IMG/VR virus record: IMGVR_UViG_3300042346_001601
DNA: 40,116 nt
Source of the DNA: a virus
Lineage: Duplodnaviria > Heunggongvirae > Uroviricota > Caudoviricetes
Direction: 5' to 3' (one strand)
In this document: positions 24,510-34,244 of the stretch, in pieces
How the letters are laid out: every line of letters starts with the position of its first letter
How positions within the stretch are numbered: the stretch's first letter is position 1
Notes under the pieces: model-generated
Told to the model about the DNA's origin: nothing
What the model saw: only the letters and a program-made list of their open reading frames with translations
The model's database searches: none
Made by a program: the position numbers and the translations under genes

Positions 24510-26186
24510 TCAGTTTTCTCTTCTGAGACTACCTGCATAGTGTTCAAAACGGTCATGTTCGGTGGGGGTCATCAGCAAAAGAGCCGGCTTTAAATCCCCT
24601 TTTTTGACCAGCTGAAACATATGTGACATCCAGGTTTGTTCATAGGGATGAGCCCAAGTTGTGTCCAAGAACATTTTTTTGTTGCCCGTCTTACTGACCA
24701 CCTGAGGCCAATTGGAGTAGTAGATTTCTCCGTCTACATAAGGCACTCCCTGGTGGGAATAAATGTGATTAAACACTGTTCGAGGTGCTTCTGGATCGTG
24801 GCCTATTTTTGGTAATTGTTTCTTGTCGGGAAAATACTCATCCCTGACTGTTTGTGGCACATTGTACCAAGACCACTGAGTGCCGTTGTCCCCAAAAAAT
24901 TCACTGTAATTCAATTTCAGAAAATCATATTCTCCTGAGGAGATAATGTTCATTACTTTCTGATACAATCCCTCGATGTGTCTAGGAAATCCATTGCGAC
25001 AGCGGGTGTCGGGATGCGGATAAAAGAACATATCGTCTTCAAAGAAGAAGTAATAATCTAAATTCTGACCGTCTGCATGCTCTGCGATAAATTGCCTGCC
25101 TCCGCAGATGCCTAAATTGTTGTGTTTCAGATGGGTAAATCCGTGTTCTTGACAGAGTTCTTGGTATCGAGGAGTTGTAGTCAGGTCGGTGGAATTATCC
25201 AACAAGAATTTCTGGGTCTTCTGAATAAAATGGCTGTCGTACTGGAGCATCGAAGTAACCAGGGTTTCAAATTGTCGAGGACTGTTAAATCCAATGACAT
25301 AAAGTCCCACGTTTTCTGGATTGAGCCGAGTGGATGTTATCTGGATAGCATCAGAACTCTGGAGAATCAGTCTATCCTCTTTCAGATCCTCGAAAAATTT
25401 ACCTATAAGACCATTGGATTCTATGTCATAGTGAATAAAAGTTTCTGAGAATCTGTAAAGTAGAATTGAAAAAACGGATTCCTCAGTTCCCATATACCCG
25501 GCCTGGAGAGTTGCCATTAAAGTTTGATAGTATAAGGCATTGACGGCGGAGATGGAGGTTTTAGGTCCTCCGAAGAAACCCCCTCTGGCAACTAACTTCA
25601 CGTCACTCCCGGCATATTCGTTGATTTTTGGGTATGAAAACCCGTGAATTTCCGTGTTCGCCTCATAGGGAAAACACACAAATCCAAATTTATGAAAATA
25701 CTTGGAGAGCTTGTCTTGCACTCGATCGTGTGTGAAATAACCAGGATGAACGGTATTGGTAAGTCCTGCGTCTATCCAAAACATGTGTTCAGAATCAAAA
25801 GGATCCATAATTTTTGCATCATGAAGCAAAAACATCTTAGACATCACCAAGGGATTATAAAATTCTAATTTGGCCTGGGTTGAGCCAGGAAGCCAAGTTG
25901 CCTGTGATAGCCAGTTTGGGTTTTCTCTAATTTGTTGAATCAGATGATAGTAATCGTTGCTTTTAAACCATCCTGTCTCTCTTAAAATAAAGAGAGTATT
26001 TTTAGGATCTCTCCTTTCTTCGACAAACTTTTTCAATTCAGAATCTCCAAAAACAATTAGATTATTGGGGATGGAAAGTAGTTGCTCAAATTTTTGAAGG
26101 TAATGATTGTAAGATCTTGACCAACCTTCTGATAAGGATCCTCTCTGAATGTTCCAAAGTCCGGTGACAAAAGTAATTCTAGTCAT
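24510..26186 (-). CDS. HtrL/YibB (WlaTC)-like glycosyltransferase fused to a GT-A-type domain
   Basis: ITFVTGLWNI, FWIDAGL, GGFFGG, GTEESVF; second domain with YYFFFEDD. Confidence 0.7.
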   Translation of the reverse strand: MTRITFVTGLWNIQRGSLSEGWSRSYNHYLQKFEQLLSIPNNLIVFGDSELKKFVEERRDPKNTLFILRETGWFKSNDYYHLIQQIRENPNWLSQATWLPGSTQAKLEFYNPLVMSKMFLLHDAKIMDPFDSEHMFWIDAGLTNTVHPGYFTHDRVQDKLSKYFHKFGFVCFPYEANTEIHGFSYPKINEYAGSDVKLVARGGFFGGPKTSISAVNALYYQTLMATLQAGYMGTEESVFSILLYRFSETFIHYDIESNGLIGKFFEDLKEDRLILQSSDAIQITSTRLNPENVGLYVIGFNSPRQFETLVTSMLQYDSHFIQKTQKFLLDNSTDLTTTPRYQELCQEHGFTHLKHNNLGICGGRQFIAEHADGQNLDYYFFFEDDMFFYPHPDTRCRNGFPRHIEGLYQKVMNIISSGEYDFLKLNYSEFFGDNGTQWSWYNVPQTVRDEYFPDKKQLPKIGHDPEAPRTVFNHIYSHQGVPYVDGEIYYSNWPQVVSKTGNKKMFLDTTWAHPYEQTWMSHMFQLVKKGDLKPALLLMTPTEHDRFEHYAGSLRREN

Positions 26187-27057
26187 TCAATTCTTCTAAT
26201 ATTTTGTAAAAACTTTTATTTATCCTGAGGTGTTCCTCTATATCTAGATCGGGGATCCCCGAATTTTCGTGCCACCAAGTATCAAACAATTTAATTGAAA
26301 AAATCGATTCGTTGTTTCTCCAGATGACAGTCATGATATTTTCTTCGGGATAAACTCTACCGTCAGATCTTGTTATTTGATCTGTGTAGAGTTCAAAAAG
26401 ATTAGTTAGTTTTTCACACGATATTCTATTTCCACCAAAAATTCCCCCGATGATATGGTAATCCGCTGAATAATTGTCATAATGTTTCATGTCTACCGTT
26501 TGTGACCAGAAGTTTCTCTGATTCTCTTTTCCTATTATGAAAATTTTATCATTAGTGAAGGAGATCAAATTTTGTAAAAAATTGTTATTGAAAATGTGAC
26601 TTTCGTAATAACTTCTATGACCTAGGTTTTGTGTGAGATGTTTATTAGGAATTAGCCCGCAGTGGGACAATCCCGCATCAATCCAGAAAAAATAGTCAAA
26701 TTCATCATCTAAATTTTTTTTTAACAATTCGAACTTTGCGTATTGTATTTCTAAACATCTGTCTGAAGAATAAGCCTCCTGATAGTTTTTGTACTCCTCG
26801 AACAAAGCCTGTTGATTAGTTTTGGATAAATCGAAAATTTTTATTTCTAAATTTTCTAGATTTACTCCATTTTCATCATAGAAAAAATTTGATAGATCTT
26901 GAATTTCTGCCTCTGAAGTGTAGCAAATATACTTAGCATTCTCCATTTTCATTAAAGAAAGCAAACTGTATTTATAATGGAGGTTCCTGGATTGCCTGCC
27001 ACCAAATTTAGTCCCAAAAAGATTACTATAAATACAGGTTACAAATTTAGTTTTCAT
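26179..27057 (-). CDS. HtrL/YibB-like glycosyltransferase
   Basis: FFWIDAGLSH, IIGGIFGG, PEENIM. Confidence 0.65.
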   Translation of the reverse strand: MKTKFVTCIYSNLFGTKFGGRQSRNLHYKYSLLSLMKMENAKYICYTSEAEIQDLSNFFYDENGVNLENLEIKIFDLSKTNQQALFEEYKNYQEAYSSDRCLEIQYAKFELLKKNLDDEFDYFFWIDAGLSHCGLIPNKHLTQNLGHRSYYESHIFNNNFLQNLISFTNDKIFIIGKENQRNFWSQTVDMKHYDNYSADYHIIGGIFGGNRISCEKLTNLFELYTDQITRSDGRVYPEENIMTVIWRNNESIFSIKLFDTWWHENSGIPDLDIEEHLRINKSFYKILEELND

Positions 27058-27110
27058 GTTTTTGTTTTTCTATCCAATTAAAATCTAAGAAATTTGAATT
27101 TAGCTTATTT
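26988..27110. repeat. Source copy of the 123-bp duplication (see 18723-18845)
   Basis: Spans the junction of 27047-27772 and 26179-27057, where both genes are intact. Confidence 0.9.
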
Positions 27111-27772
27111 GAAGTGTATAAATTCCAGTTGTAAATCATTTGGTAGTGGTTATTGTAGTGGACATTCCCTATATCAGAGAACCCACTTGAATGTGTTACT
27201 ATTGGTAGAGAAGAGGCAAAAGATTTTGTGTTTGGGTACAATGCCAGATCCATGTATTCATCTATGGGTTTTTGTCTGTGATAATTTTCTATGTAGATGT
27301 CCGTGTCCCATTTGCTAATTATTTCACAGCATTTTTTATTTAATATAAAACAATAAGTGCCGAAAACTCCCCTATGTATTTCTGGGTTTTTTTCTGGTAG
27401 CTCGTGAAGATTAATTAAATTTTTTGAGAAGTTTTCAACGGGTCTATGAAAGCATGGAGCAAAATGAAAAAAATCAAAGTCTATTTTAGATAATTCGATC
27501 TCACATTTGGAGATTTGTTCTTTTGCGTAAGGCATAAAACAGGAATCATCCTCAAATACCATAAAAAAATCTTCCTCTAATTCAAGACATTTTTTGGCTA
27601 TTTCTTGGTGTGAAATTGCACATCCTATATAAGAAGATGTATCTATAGCGGGAAATATTTCAAATTCCCATCCAATCCACTCCATTTCTTTTCTGAATTT
27701 TTCCAGTCTATCGGATCTTTTCTCTAAATTTATAACAATTTTTTTAATTTCTGAAAAAGTGATTTTAGACAT
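27047..27772 (-). CDS. Glycosyltransferase family 25
   Basis: VINLEKRSDR, IGCAISH, VFEDD. Confidence 0.8.
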   Translation of the reverse strand: MSKITFSEIKKIVINLEKRSDRLEKFRKEMEWIGWEFEIFPAIDTSSYIGCAISHQEIAKKCLELEEDFFMVFEDDSCFMPYAKEQISKCEIELSKIDFDFFHFAPCFHRPVENFSKNLINLHELPEKNPEIHRGVFGTYCFILNKKCCEIISKWDTDIYIENYHRQKPIDEYMDLALYPNTKSFASSLPIVTHSSGFSDIGNVHYNNHYQMIYNWNLYTSNKLNSNFLDFNWIEKQKHEN

Positions 27773-27781
27773 GTTTTTTAT
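27646..27781. repeat. Source copy of the 136-bp duplication (see 21173-21308)
   Basis: 5' end of the intact GT25 gene. Confidence 0.9.
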
Positions 27782-27784
27782 GCT

Positions 27785-29080
27785 TTAAGAAACCGAATGT
27801 GATAATTGACCTGTAATTCTTTCACACCAACCCTTGGATTCAGAATGAGGCCATACTACCCAATAGGCTGGATGAACCGCCGTCTGAAATTCTCTCCAGA
27901 TTTTATAGTATCCATCTGGGTCCATCATCATTCTGGATATTTCCTGTTTGTCTGCATCTTTCCGGAAAAGGGTGTTGTCCTGGGCATCGTGAAAAGCCAC
28001 AACCCAAAAATCATAATCAGGCTCTGTTACCTGGTGATATCCCAGATCAATGCAGTGTTTAAAGACCCTCGAGAAACTATTCATCCATTGGTTCTCGTCT
28101 CCTCCGAATTCTTCAATCCCCGGATTAGGAGGGTATTTTTTATCCAGAGTTGCCTGTTGAACTGATCTGCCTGAGAATAAAATACCCGCATATTCTTCAT
28201 ATTGTCTGAGGGTCCTGACAGGACCAAATCCATATCGACCGTCGTGTCCTTCCTGCTCTAATCCGTCCATCCCAAAGAGCTTACGGTTCATCAAATGGGA
28301 TCTTTCGTTCTTTTGGACCCACTGTTTATCGTCGTCCCACTGTTTGGTTCTGCCTTTGCGGGTGTACTCATGCCAGATGACTACTCGATGGGGATGGAAC
28401 AAATCATATCCCCAGGTATAGGCTCTAGCGGCAATGGAAATTTCTTCTCCGTGAAAATAATAATAAGGGTTGTGCGGAACCTCCTCACAGAACTTCCCGA
28501 GCGTAAATGCGAAGTGGGCCGAGTAAAACCTTGACGCTACCGGAGCGGTCAAGTTTCTCCAGTCTGGGATGGTCTCAGGTAAAAAAAACACTGCCCCCTC
28601 TGGAATAAATCGATCGAAGGCCATCCTCCAGGGATCTTGAATCCTGCCGGCTGGTTCGTTTTCTGGATCAAAAGAGGAAACGTAAGCCGTTAGCAAAGGT
28701 TTTTTGTGACCCATTTTCTTCAATTGATTTACCATCTGAATGAGATCTTCATCCCAACGAGGAGCAAATCTCATGTGGGAATCAATCTGGAGAGTGTATT
28801 TTTCCCCCTGGTACTGCTGTTGAACTAGGTGTCTGGCCCAGCATACCCCTTGACTTTCTTCGTGAGGTACATCCAGGATGCGAAAATTGGAGTTGTTTCT
28901 AAACTCGTCCAGATTATCAAAACCATCATCTGGGTGGAACTGACGGCAAATGCCTATCCTTAAATGTTGAGGTGATTTAGCACTTTCAATCATGCTTCTG
29001 AGGGTGGGAACCAGCTGGGGATCCCGATAAGATGCTATTTGAACGAAAATAGTCGGGGAAGAAGAATTACTTCTGGGCAT
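27785..29080 (-). CDS. GlcNAc-transferase, GT60 / Skp1-hydroxyproline GlcNAc-transferase-like
   Basis: IFVQIASYRD, GVCWAR, LQIDSHMRF..WD, FHGEEI...R.YT.GYDLFHP...WHEY. Confidence 0.85.
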   Translation of the reverse strand: MPRSNSSSPTIFVQIASYRDPQLVPTLRSMIESAKSPQHLRIGICRQFHPDDGFDNLDEFRNNSNFRILDVPHEESQGVCWARHLVQQQYQGEKYTLQIDSHMRFAPRWDEDLIQMVNQLKKMGHKKPLLTAYVSSFDPENEPAGRIQDPWRMAFDRFIPEGAVFFLPETIPDWRNLTAPVASRFYSAHFAFTLGKFCEEVPHNPYYYFHGEEISIAARAYTWGYDLFHPHRVVIWHEYTRKGRTKQWDDDKQWVQKNERSHLMNRKLFGMDGLEQEGHDGRYGFGPVRTLRQYEEYAGILFSGRSVQQATLDKKYPPNPGIEEFGGDENQWMNSFSRVFKHCIDLGYHQVTEPDYDFWVVAFHDAQDNTLFRKDADKQEISRMMMDPDGYYKIWREFQTAVHPAYWVVWPHSESKGWCERITGQLSHSVS

Positions 29081-29097
29081 AGATGGAAATTATGAGG

Positions 29098-29298
29098 TTA
29101 TTTTTTAATTCCGTATTTAATGAACTTGTACCAGAACCTCTCGTGCAGAAAATAGACCAGGGGTTTAAAAAAGAGTTCTCCTGCCCCAAGAAGAGATGAG
29201 ATCTGCCAATCTAAACCGGCACAGAGGGCAATGACAACTGTGGTCAGGGTTCCGAGGATTCTATAGCTGACTGTTTTAGCCAGGTGTCTTTTGAACAT
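29098..29298 (-). CDS. DUF2061-like small membrane protein (probable start MFKRHLAK)
   Basis: RHLAKTVSYRILGTLTT...YFLHERFW. Confidence 0.75.
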   Translation of the reverse strand: MFKRHLAKTVSYRILGTLTTVVIALCAGLDWQISSLLGAGELFFKPLVYFLHERFWYKFIKYGIKK

Positions 29299-29354
29299 TA
29301 CAACCTTTTTATCTGCATAAGGGGAAGAAAGTTTCAAATTGTTCAAAAAAGAGG

Positions 29355-29362
29355 GATATATA
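29355..29362 (+). promoter_or_regulatory. GATATATA box
   Basis: Upstream of ATG 29376 with an A-rich spacer. Confidence 0.7.
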
Positions 29363-29375
29363 AGAGAAAAAAAAC

Positions 29376-29756
29376 ATGCACAATTTACGTACATACGAAG
29401 ATCTTCGCTTGAACGAGGCATCAGACACTAAAAGTGAGTCCTTTGAGACCTTTGCTGACAATCGCCTGTCAGGTGCTTCTAAAATAGCAGATAATGCCAA
29501 AGAAAAGGGAGGAGACGCCATGTTGACCTACCACCACTTCAACGTCAAATTACCTATCTATCAAAAATCAGCCAAGGGTAAATTCTCGCCAGAGCAGGGA
29601 ATAGAAACTCTGAATTCTCTGATTGACGAGTTAAATCAGAGCGTGGGTAAATCTGTTAAAATTTCTCAGGTTGAATTCCAGAAGTTAGTCGGACTTATAG
29701 AAGTCTGGGGTGAACTCTTAATTAAGTACCAAGAAAAAAAAGGGACAGATGAGTAA
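29376..29756 (+). CDS. Hypothetical protein with leader peptide
   Basis: MHNLRTYEDLRLNEA start. Confidence 0.75.
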   Translation: MHNLRTYEDLRLNEASDTKSESFETFADNRLSGASKIADNAKEKGGDAMLTYHHFNVKLPIYQKSAKGKFSPEQGIETLNSLIDELNQSVGKSVKISQVEFQKLVGLIEVWGELLIKYQEKKGTDE

Positions 29757-30216
29757 GGTTCAAAAAATTTGGGAATTTTATATGGATCCCCTAGATATGG
29801 ATCTTCTAGATGATCTGGGCTTAAGTCGATTGGGTGGCTATGTTTTTCAGTGGGATAGTAAAACTGAAACCCCTTTGGTTGAGGTCATCATTGCATCAAA
29901 TCCTAGAAAGGCTTTAGAGATCTATGCTGAATATGGTTGGTTTGGACCTGATATTGAGCTAGCAATGAATAAACACGATATTAAATTTAAGTACTTCAAA
30001 GATTTTTTCATCTATTTAGAAAGTCAAGGTGTCATCTTCAACGCCAAAGTTATTGAGCAGCTTTTTGTCAAACCCGATCAAACATCTCCTGGCTATGGCA
30101 GGGTCAACGCCTTGAATCCTTTTACCGTGACCCAGTTTCTGAAATCAAAGTTCGAAAATGTGGAATCTCGCTACAACTACTACTTCAAACAATCGACCTC
30201 TTGGCAGCAGTTGTGA
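29749..30216 (+). CDS. Hypothetical protein
   Basis: 155-aa ORF coupled to the previous gene. Confidence 0.65.
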   Translation: MSKVQKIWEFYMDPLDMDLLDDLGLSRLGGYVFQWDSKTETPLVEVIIASNPRKALEIYAEYGWFGPDIELAMNKHDIKFKYFKDFFIYLESQGVIFNAKVIEQLFVKPDQTSPGYGRVNALNPFTVTQFLKSKFENVESRYNYYFKQSTSWQQL

Positions 30217-30220
30217 GTGA

Positions 30221-30829
30221 TTACTTTCTTTTCTCCGCCTTAGCTTTTTTTGCCTGTTGGTAAAGGGCCTTATCGTGCATTTTTGTTGTTTTCCCTCCTG
30301 TAATGAAAGAATTTACTCTAGCGTGAGCCCATTGGTCTGGAGTTGTTCCTGGGATATGTCCTATCGCCCAGGCGGCCTTGCCACGTTTAAACACTTGTTT
30401 AAGTATTCCTAAAGGAAATCCACTTTTTTCTGCTTTCTTTTTGAGTGCTTTGTTAGCTGGAGAACTAGAAGTATCAACTGAACCTGCTGCTGATCCTTCT
30501 TCCAAGGGGTCACACTCTTCTCCTGACTCTTGCAGTTCAAGAAAAACCTCGTAAGCAGCCTGCTCAATTTTGGATCCAAAATCTTCGTATACAATTAGGT
30601 TGGATTCCAAAGAAATCTCTTCATTCTCCCCAAACATTTCCTTGTATTTTTTTGTGTACTTGCTCATCTTAGTCTCAACTTTTTTACCTTTACCGGCCTT
30701 TCTGCTTTTATAATCTGCGTCCCAGGGACCGTAGGCTGAGGGGTCAGAATCTTCCTTGTCTTTATGCTTCAAGATCTCTCTTTTCATCACTCTCGGATTT
30801 TTGGTCAAATATTTTTTCGGTATTTTCAT
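30221..30829 (-). CDS. DUF5824-like basic protein of large DNA viruses
   Basis: ALKKKAEKSG....LKQVFKRGKAAW..GH.PGTT..QWAHARVNSFITGGKT; family recalled, not searched. Confidence 0.6.
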   Translation of the reverse strand: MKIPKKYLTKNPRVMKREILKHKDKEDSDPSAYGPWDADYKSRKAGKGKKVETKMSKYTKKYKEMFGENEEISLESNLIVYEDFGSKIEQAAYEVFLELQESGEECDPLEEGSAAGSVDTSSSPANKALKKKAEKSGFPLGILKQVFKRGKAAWAIGHIPGTTPDQWAHARVNSFITGGKTTKMHDKALYQQAKKAKAEKRK

Positions 30830-31217
30830 GACTTTGTGCGTCTTTATTTTCGGCCTGTGCTTCCGCAGAATTCCTGTGGCAGGAGAGTTTTTTGTAGATC
30901 AATTCTATCTCTTCATAGGACAAATTGCTTTTCTTAGAATTGATATCGACCGTGCAAGAAACCACGTTGCCTTCTATATATCCTTTGGCTGAATCTATCC
31001 GGTCAAAACTTCTGGAAAAAGGGCCTTCCTCCTCGAATTTTTTACCGGTGTAGTAGCACTGTGAATAGGTCAAGAGATTCTTGACCGTGGGAAAACTAAG
31101 GCCAAATTCCAGACCTCTGTCTTGGGCACTCTGATAAATCTTGAGCATTTTTTTGGCCACTTCTAAATCAGTGATTTCTTTGGACTGCTCGAACCTGAAT
31201 TTTTTTTTTGTTTTCAA
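30762..31217 (-). CDS. T4 Srd-like protein (probable TTG start after the box)
   Basis: SAQDRGLEFGLSF...CYYTG..F.....SFDRIDSAKGYIEGNVV..T..IN resembles T4-type Srd proteins as recalled; His-Me-finger-like but lacks the catalytic His. Confidence 0.45.
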   Translation of the reverse strand: MKTKKKFRFEQSKEITDLEVAKKMLKIYQSAQDRGLEFGLSFPTVKNLLTYSQCYYTGKKFEEEGPFSRSFDRIDSAKGYIEGNVVSCTVDINSKKSNLSYEEIELIYKKLSCHRNSAEAQAENKDAQSHENTEKIFDQKSESDEKRDLEA

Positions 31218-31229
31218 AATCTTTTTTCC

Positions 31230-31286
31230 TATATATCCTGGACAAAACAGATAATTCTCGAGGAAGGCAGTACAAAAAGATATATA
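31230..31286. promoter_or_regulatory. Back-to-back GATATATA boxes (minus 31230-31237, plus 31279-31286)
   Basis: Both exact; they imply starts at 31217 (-) and 31304 (+). Confidence 0.65.
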
Positions 31287-31303
31287 GAAAAAAAAGAAAA
31301 TCT

Positions 31304-32836
31304 TTGCCAACAGCCCGTCCCTTTGCCTATAATTCATCCGGCACTTCTTCCAGAGTAGCAGGCACTCTTCAATTTGGTACTATGACCATCGGAGGCACCG
31401 CTCCTTCCTCTACCTATCAGAGCGGGACTGGTCTCCAGTGGTGGAATGGTCCAGATGAAGATATTGGTTATGCCATCATCGCCAAAACAGTTCCCTCTGG
31501 CACACAGCCAACCCCGGTGGTAGGTCCTAACGAAATTTTAAATCCCACCTTATCGGGGGCAGTGGGTGGATCACTACCGACTGGGTGGACCGCATCCGCT
31601 GTTCCATCAGGTATCACAATAACCTATGGGGCAGTTCAGACATCGGGTGGGATTTCGTATTTTGATATTGGGGTTAGTGGTACTAGAACAGTCGGAACAG
31701 GTTCTTTTTTTATTACGACAACCTCATTGGATCTGGTCGCTGCTCTGGGTCAAACCTGGGGAGCTAGATACTGGATTGCAGGAGTTACCGGGTCCATCCC
31801 AGGTCTTGCTATCCAGACCCTTGAACTTCAGGAAACCACAACTTTAGGAACCTCGACTTTTAACATTATTCCAACTTCTGAGTTGAAACTGTACGTTGGT
31901 TCCAGAACTTTAACCGGTTCTGATACCAATCGGGTTAGATCTAGGATTTCTTTTGCACTTATAAATGGGGTGTCGGTAAATTTTACCCTCCGAGTCGGAT
32001 CTCCTATTTTTGGTTTGCAGCAATTGGCCTCTGTGGGCTTCAACCGGGCGGCCAATCAGTCCCAATTTTTACAGATGTCTGCCCAGCTGTCGGGTTTAAA
32101 TCCTGCCACTGATGATGCGGCTGTCCGGGCCTTAAACGCCAACAGCTGTTGGACCAACTACAACCCTGCCATCACCTCCAATCTGATTCTCTCTCTAGAT
32201 GGAGCCAATGAGGCTTCTTATCCAGGCTCGGGAACGGAGTGGTGGAATTTGGTGTCTGTCCAGGGAGGTTCACCTAAGGCGGATCTGTTTAACTCCCCTT
32301 CATATGGCAGTGGTAAATTTGATTTTGATGGACTCACTCAGTATGCTCAAACCCCATCCAACGTCACGGGGAGCCAATGGAGCGTTGAGGCGTGGTTTAA
32401 AACAGGAGCATCTTTAGTTGGAGAAGAGACCTCGATAGTTTCAGCCTTAGTTGCCAACGGAGATGTAGCTTTTTCTTTGGGTAATTATGACTCTGCCGAA
32501 AATTTTTTGGATATTGGTTTCTACAAAAATGGGTCATGGTTCACCTCTTTATATAGAATAACCCCTAGTATCGGCACAATTTATCAGTTGGTGGGAACTT
32601 ATAATGGATCGGACTTAAGTTTCTATCAAAATGGTACTCTTTTGGGAAGCAGTTCTTTACCTGGAGCCCCTACTTTTGATAGTCCAGTGACCATAGCACG
32701 TAGTGGAAATCCAGGTGAGGGATCCGAATTTTATTTCCAAGGTTCCGTTTATATCATCAGAATTTACTCTTCTGCTTTAAATTCAGGGGACGTTTCTAAA
32801 AATTGGAATGCAAACAAGGACAGATTCGGTCTGTAA
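31304..32836 (+). CDS. LamG-domain virion-surface protein (probable TTG start MPTARPFAYN)
   Basis: WWNGPDE..GY N-domain similar to FWNGID..GGY in 5326-8553; C-terminal LILSLDGANEASYPGSG..W LamG. Confidence 0.75.
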   Translation: MPTARPFAYNSSGTSSRVAGTLQFGTMTIGGTAPSSTYQSGTGLQWWNGPDEDIGYAIIAKTVPSGTQPTPVVGPNEILNPTLSGAVGGSLPTGWTASAVPSGITITYGAVQTSGGISYFDIGVSGTRTVGTGSFFITTTSLDLVAALGQTWGARYWIAGVTGSIPGLAIQTLELQETTTLGTSTFNIIPTSELKLYVGSRTLTGSDTNRVRSRISFALINGVSVNFTLRVGSPIFGLQQLASVGFNRAANQSQFLQMSAQLSGLNPATDDAAVRALNANSCWTNYNPAITSNLILSLDGANEASYPGSGTEWWNLVSVQGGSPKADLFNSPSYGSGKFDFDGLTQYAQTPSNVTGSQWSVEAWFKTGASLVGEETSIVSALVANGDVAFSLGNYDSAENFLDIGFYKNGSWFTSLYRITPSIGTIYQLVGTYNGSDLSFYQNGTLLGSSSLPGAPTFDSPVTIARSGNPGEGSEFYFQGSVYIIRIYSSALNSGDVSKNWNANKDRFGL

Positions 32837-32856
32837 ATGCTGTTAGGTATGTTCTT

Positions 32857-32968
32857 TTCAAAAAAACGGATATATAGAAAAATTTAAAAGCAAGTTATGG
32901 TTCACAATTTCAACCAATTTTTACAGGACCTTAACGAGGAAAAATCAGAGTCTAAATCCAAACCCAAC
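32857..32968 (+). repeat. Promoter plus leader cassette, copy 1 (shared with 36521-36632 and 34245-34295)
   Basis: TTCAAAAAAACGGATATATAGAAAAATTTAAAAGCAAGTTATGGTTCACAATTTCAACCAATTTTTACAG... Confidence 0.9.
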
Positions 32969-33838
32969 CTGACCTTTCGTGATTTTGACGGTCTTATCCT
33001 AGAAAAGGATTTGCAAATCGAGCACGTATATCGATGTGTGGATAAAGAAATGTCCATAGCCATTGAGCACTGTCTAAAAAAAGGAATTCCTAAAGAATTC
33101 ATCAAATATGGAATTGGAATTTTAGGCAGAGAATCAGATTACGGGCAGACTGTCCAGGGGTTACTTCCAACCAGATACGGAATCAAATCAGTTCCTGAGT
33201 ATGCAATCAATTACGTCACTCAAGAAATTCCTTCCCTAGGGGGTCTAGTTAAAAAAATCGCCCAAGAGGTTTCAGATAAGGAAAACTGGGCTCCAAGTAT
33301 GGGAATAGCACAAATGACTCCAGATGTTGCTAAGAAATACAACGTCGACCTTAATGCCCTGATGACAATGTCGGGTTCTTTGTATGCAGCCTGTAGATAT
33401 CTGAAGGATCTCTACGAACAGAATAAGAAAAACTATTCCGAAAAATCTCCCTCGGTCATCATCGACAAAGGGAATTTAATCAATAATCCTAGCTCTACCG
33501 GAAATTCTGTTATGGATGCAGCTATAATCTCGTATAATTTAGGAGCAGAGCGTCTCCAAAACAAGTACTGTCAAACAGATAATCCTGGTTACGCAGCCCC
33601 TGTAAATTCACCAGGCGGCGTTTATCTGCCATTTCCTAAAGAAAAACCTGATTTTAAACTTCGGGTTTTAAAAGATAAGCCCATCCCCAATTATTTACCC
33701 AATATCAAAACATCTACCAAGAGCGTGGGTAAGAAGATGCTAGATAAAATGGGGTGGAAAACAAAAGATGAATACATCTCGAGTTTAGGATACCTCAAAG
33801 AAGTTGTTGAGAGGTCTAAAAAGGTAGGATGCATTTAA
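32897..33838 (+). CDS. Lytic transglycosylase (SLT-like) with leader peptide
   Basis: ILGRES (catalytic Glu), MGIAQM, ISYNLG. Confidence 0.75.
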   Translation: MVHNFNQFLQDLNEEKSESKSKPNLTFRDFDGLILEKDLQIEHVYRCVDKEMSIAIEHCLKKGIPKEFIKYGIGILGRESDYGQTVQGLLPTRYGIKSVPEYAINYVTQEIPSLGGLVKKIAQEVSDKENWAPSMGIAQMTPDVAKKYNVDLNALMTMSGSLYAACRYLKDLYEQNKKNYSEKSPSVIIDKGNLINNPSSTGNSVMDAAIISYNLGAERLQNKYCQTDNPGYAAPVNSPGGVYLPFPKEKPDFKLRVLKDKPIPNYLPNIKTSTKSVGKKMLDKMGWKTKDEYISSLGYLKEVVERSKKVGCI

Positions 33839-33844
33839 TTTTTT

Positions 33845-34195
33845 TTATTGTCCACATTTGGACTTTTTTCTAGCCTCTATCTCCATCCAGTGTTGATTAA
33901 CTCTTCCGTTTTTGATGAGCCCCTTCATGTATTCGAAATGGAAGAGAACCAGCCCCATCCTTTTATATTGGTCCCAGTGTATTTTTTCGTGAGCTAAAAT
34001 AGTGCCGCAGTCATCTCCTTCATTTTTGTATTTTTTCTCAATAAAAATTCCAACAGGGGGAATGGTAGCCGCCATCTGTTTACCTGGAATATCAAACGGG
34101 AGATAAAAAACCCTCTCTTTTTTAGCAGAAAAAAATGAGAACAAGAAGCATGCCGAAGAGATTAAAATGATGTATTTTCCTATTAATTTTTTCAT
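33845..34195 (-). CDS. Small exported HExxH metallopeptidase-like protein
   Basis: Hydrophobic N-terminus; LAHEKIHWDQY...MEIEAR; ATG start chosen downstream of the TATATTTG box. Confidence 0.6.
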   Translation of the reverse strand: MKKLIGKYIILISSACFLFSFFSAKKERVFYLPFDIPGKQMAATIPPVGIFIEKKYKNEGDDCGTILAHEKIHWDQYKRMGLVLFHFEYMKGLIKNGRVNQHWMEIEARKKSKCGQ

Positions 34196-34213
34196 CAGGA
34201 GAATTTTGCCTAC

Positions 34214-34221
34214 CAAATATA
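34214..34221 (-). promoter_or_regulatory. TATATTTG, matching the Bacteroidota -7 element TAnnTTTG
   Basis: CAAATATA on + strand, 18 nt upstream of ATG 34195. Confidence 0.5.
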
Positions 34222-34244
34222 GGATAAAGTCTTCAAACTTTGGT

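Noticed and set aside
30762-31217. HNH homing endonuclease or mobile element
   Set aside because: DRIDxxKGY..GN is His-Me-finger-like but the catalytic His and second Cys pair are absent; no intron or insertion boundary is evident.
31208-31337. Track starts 31208 (+) and 31337 (-)
   Set aside because: They overlap each other and contain the GATATATA boxes; TTG starts at 31304 and 31217 fit better.
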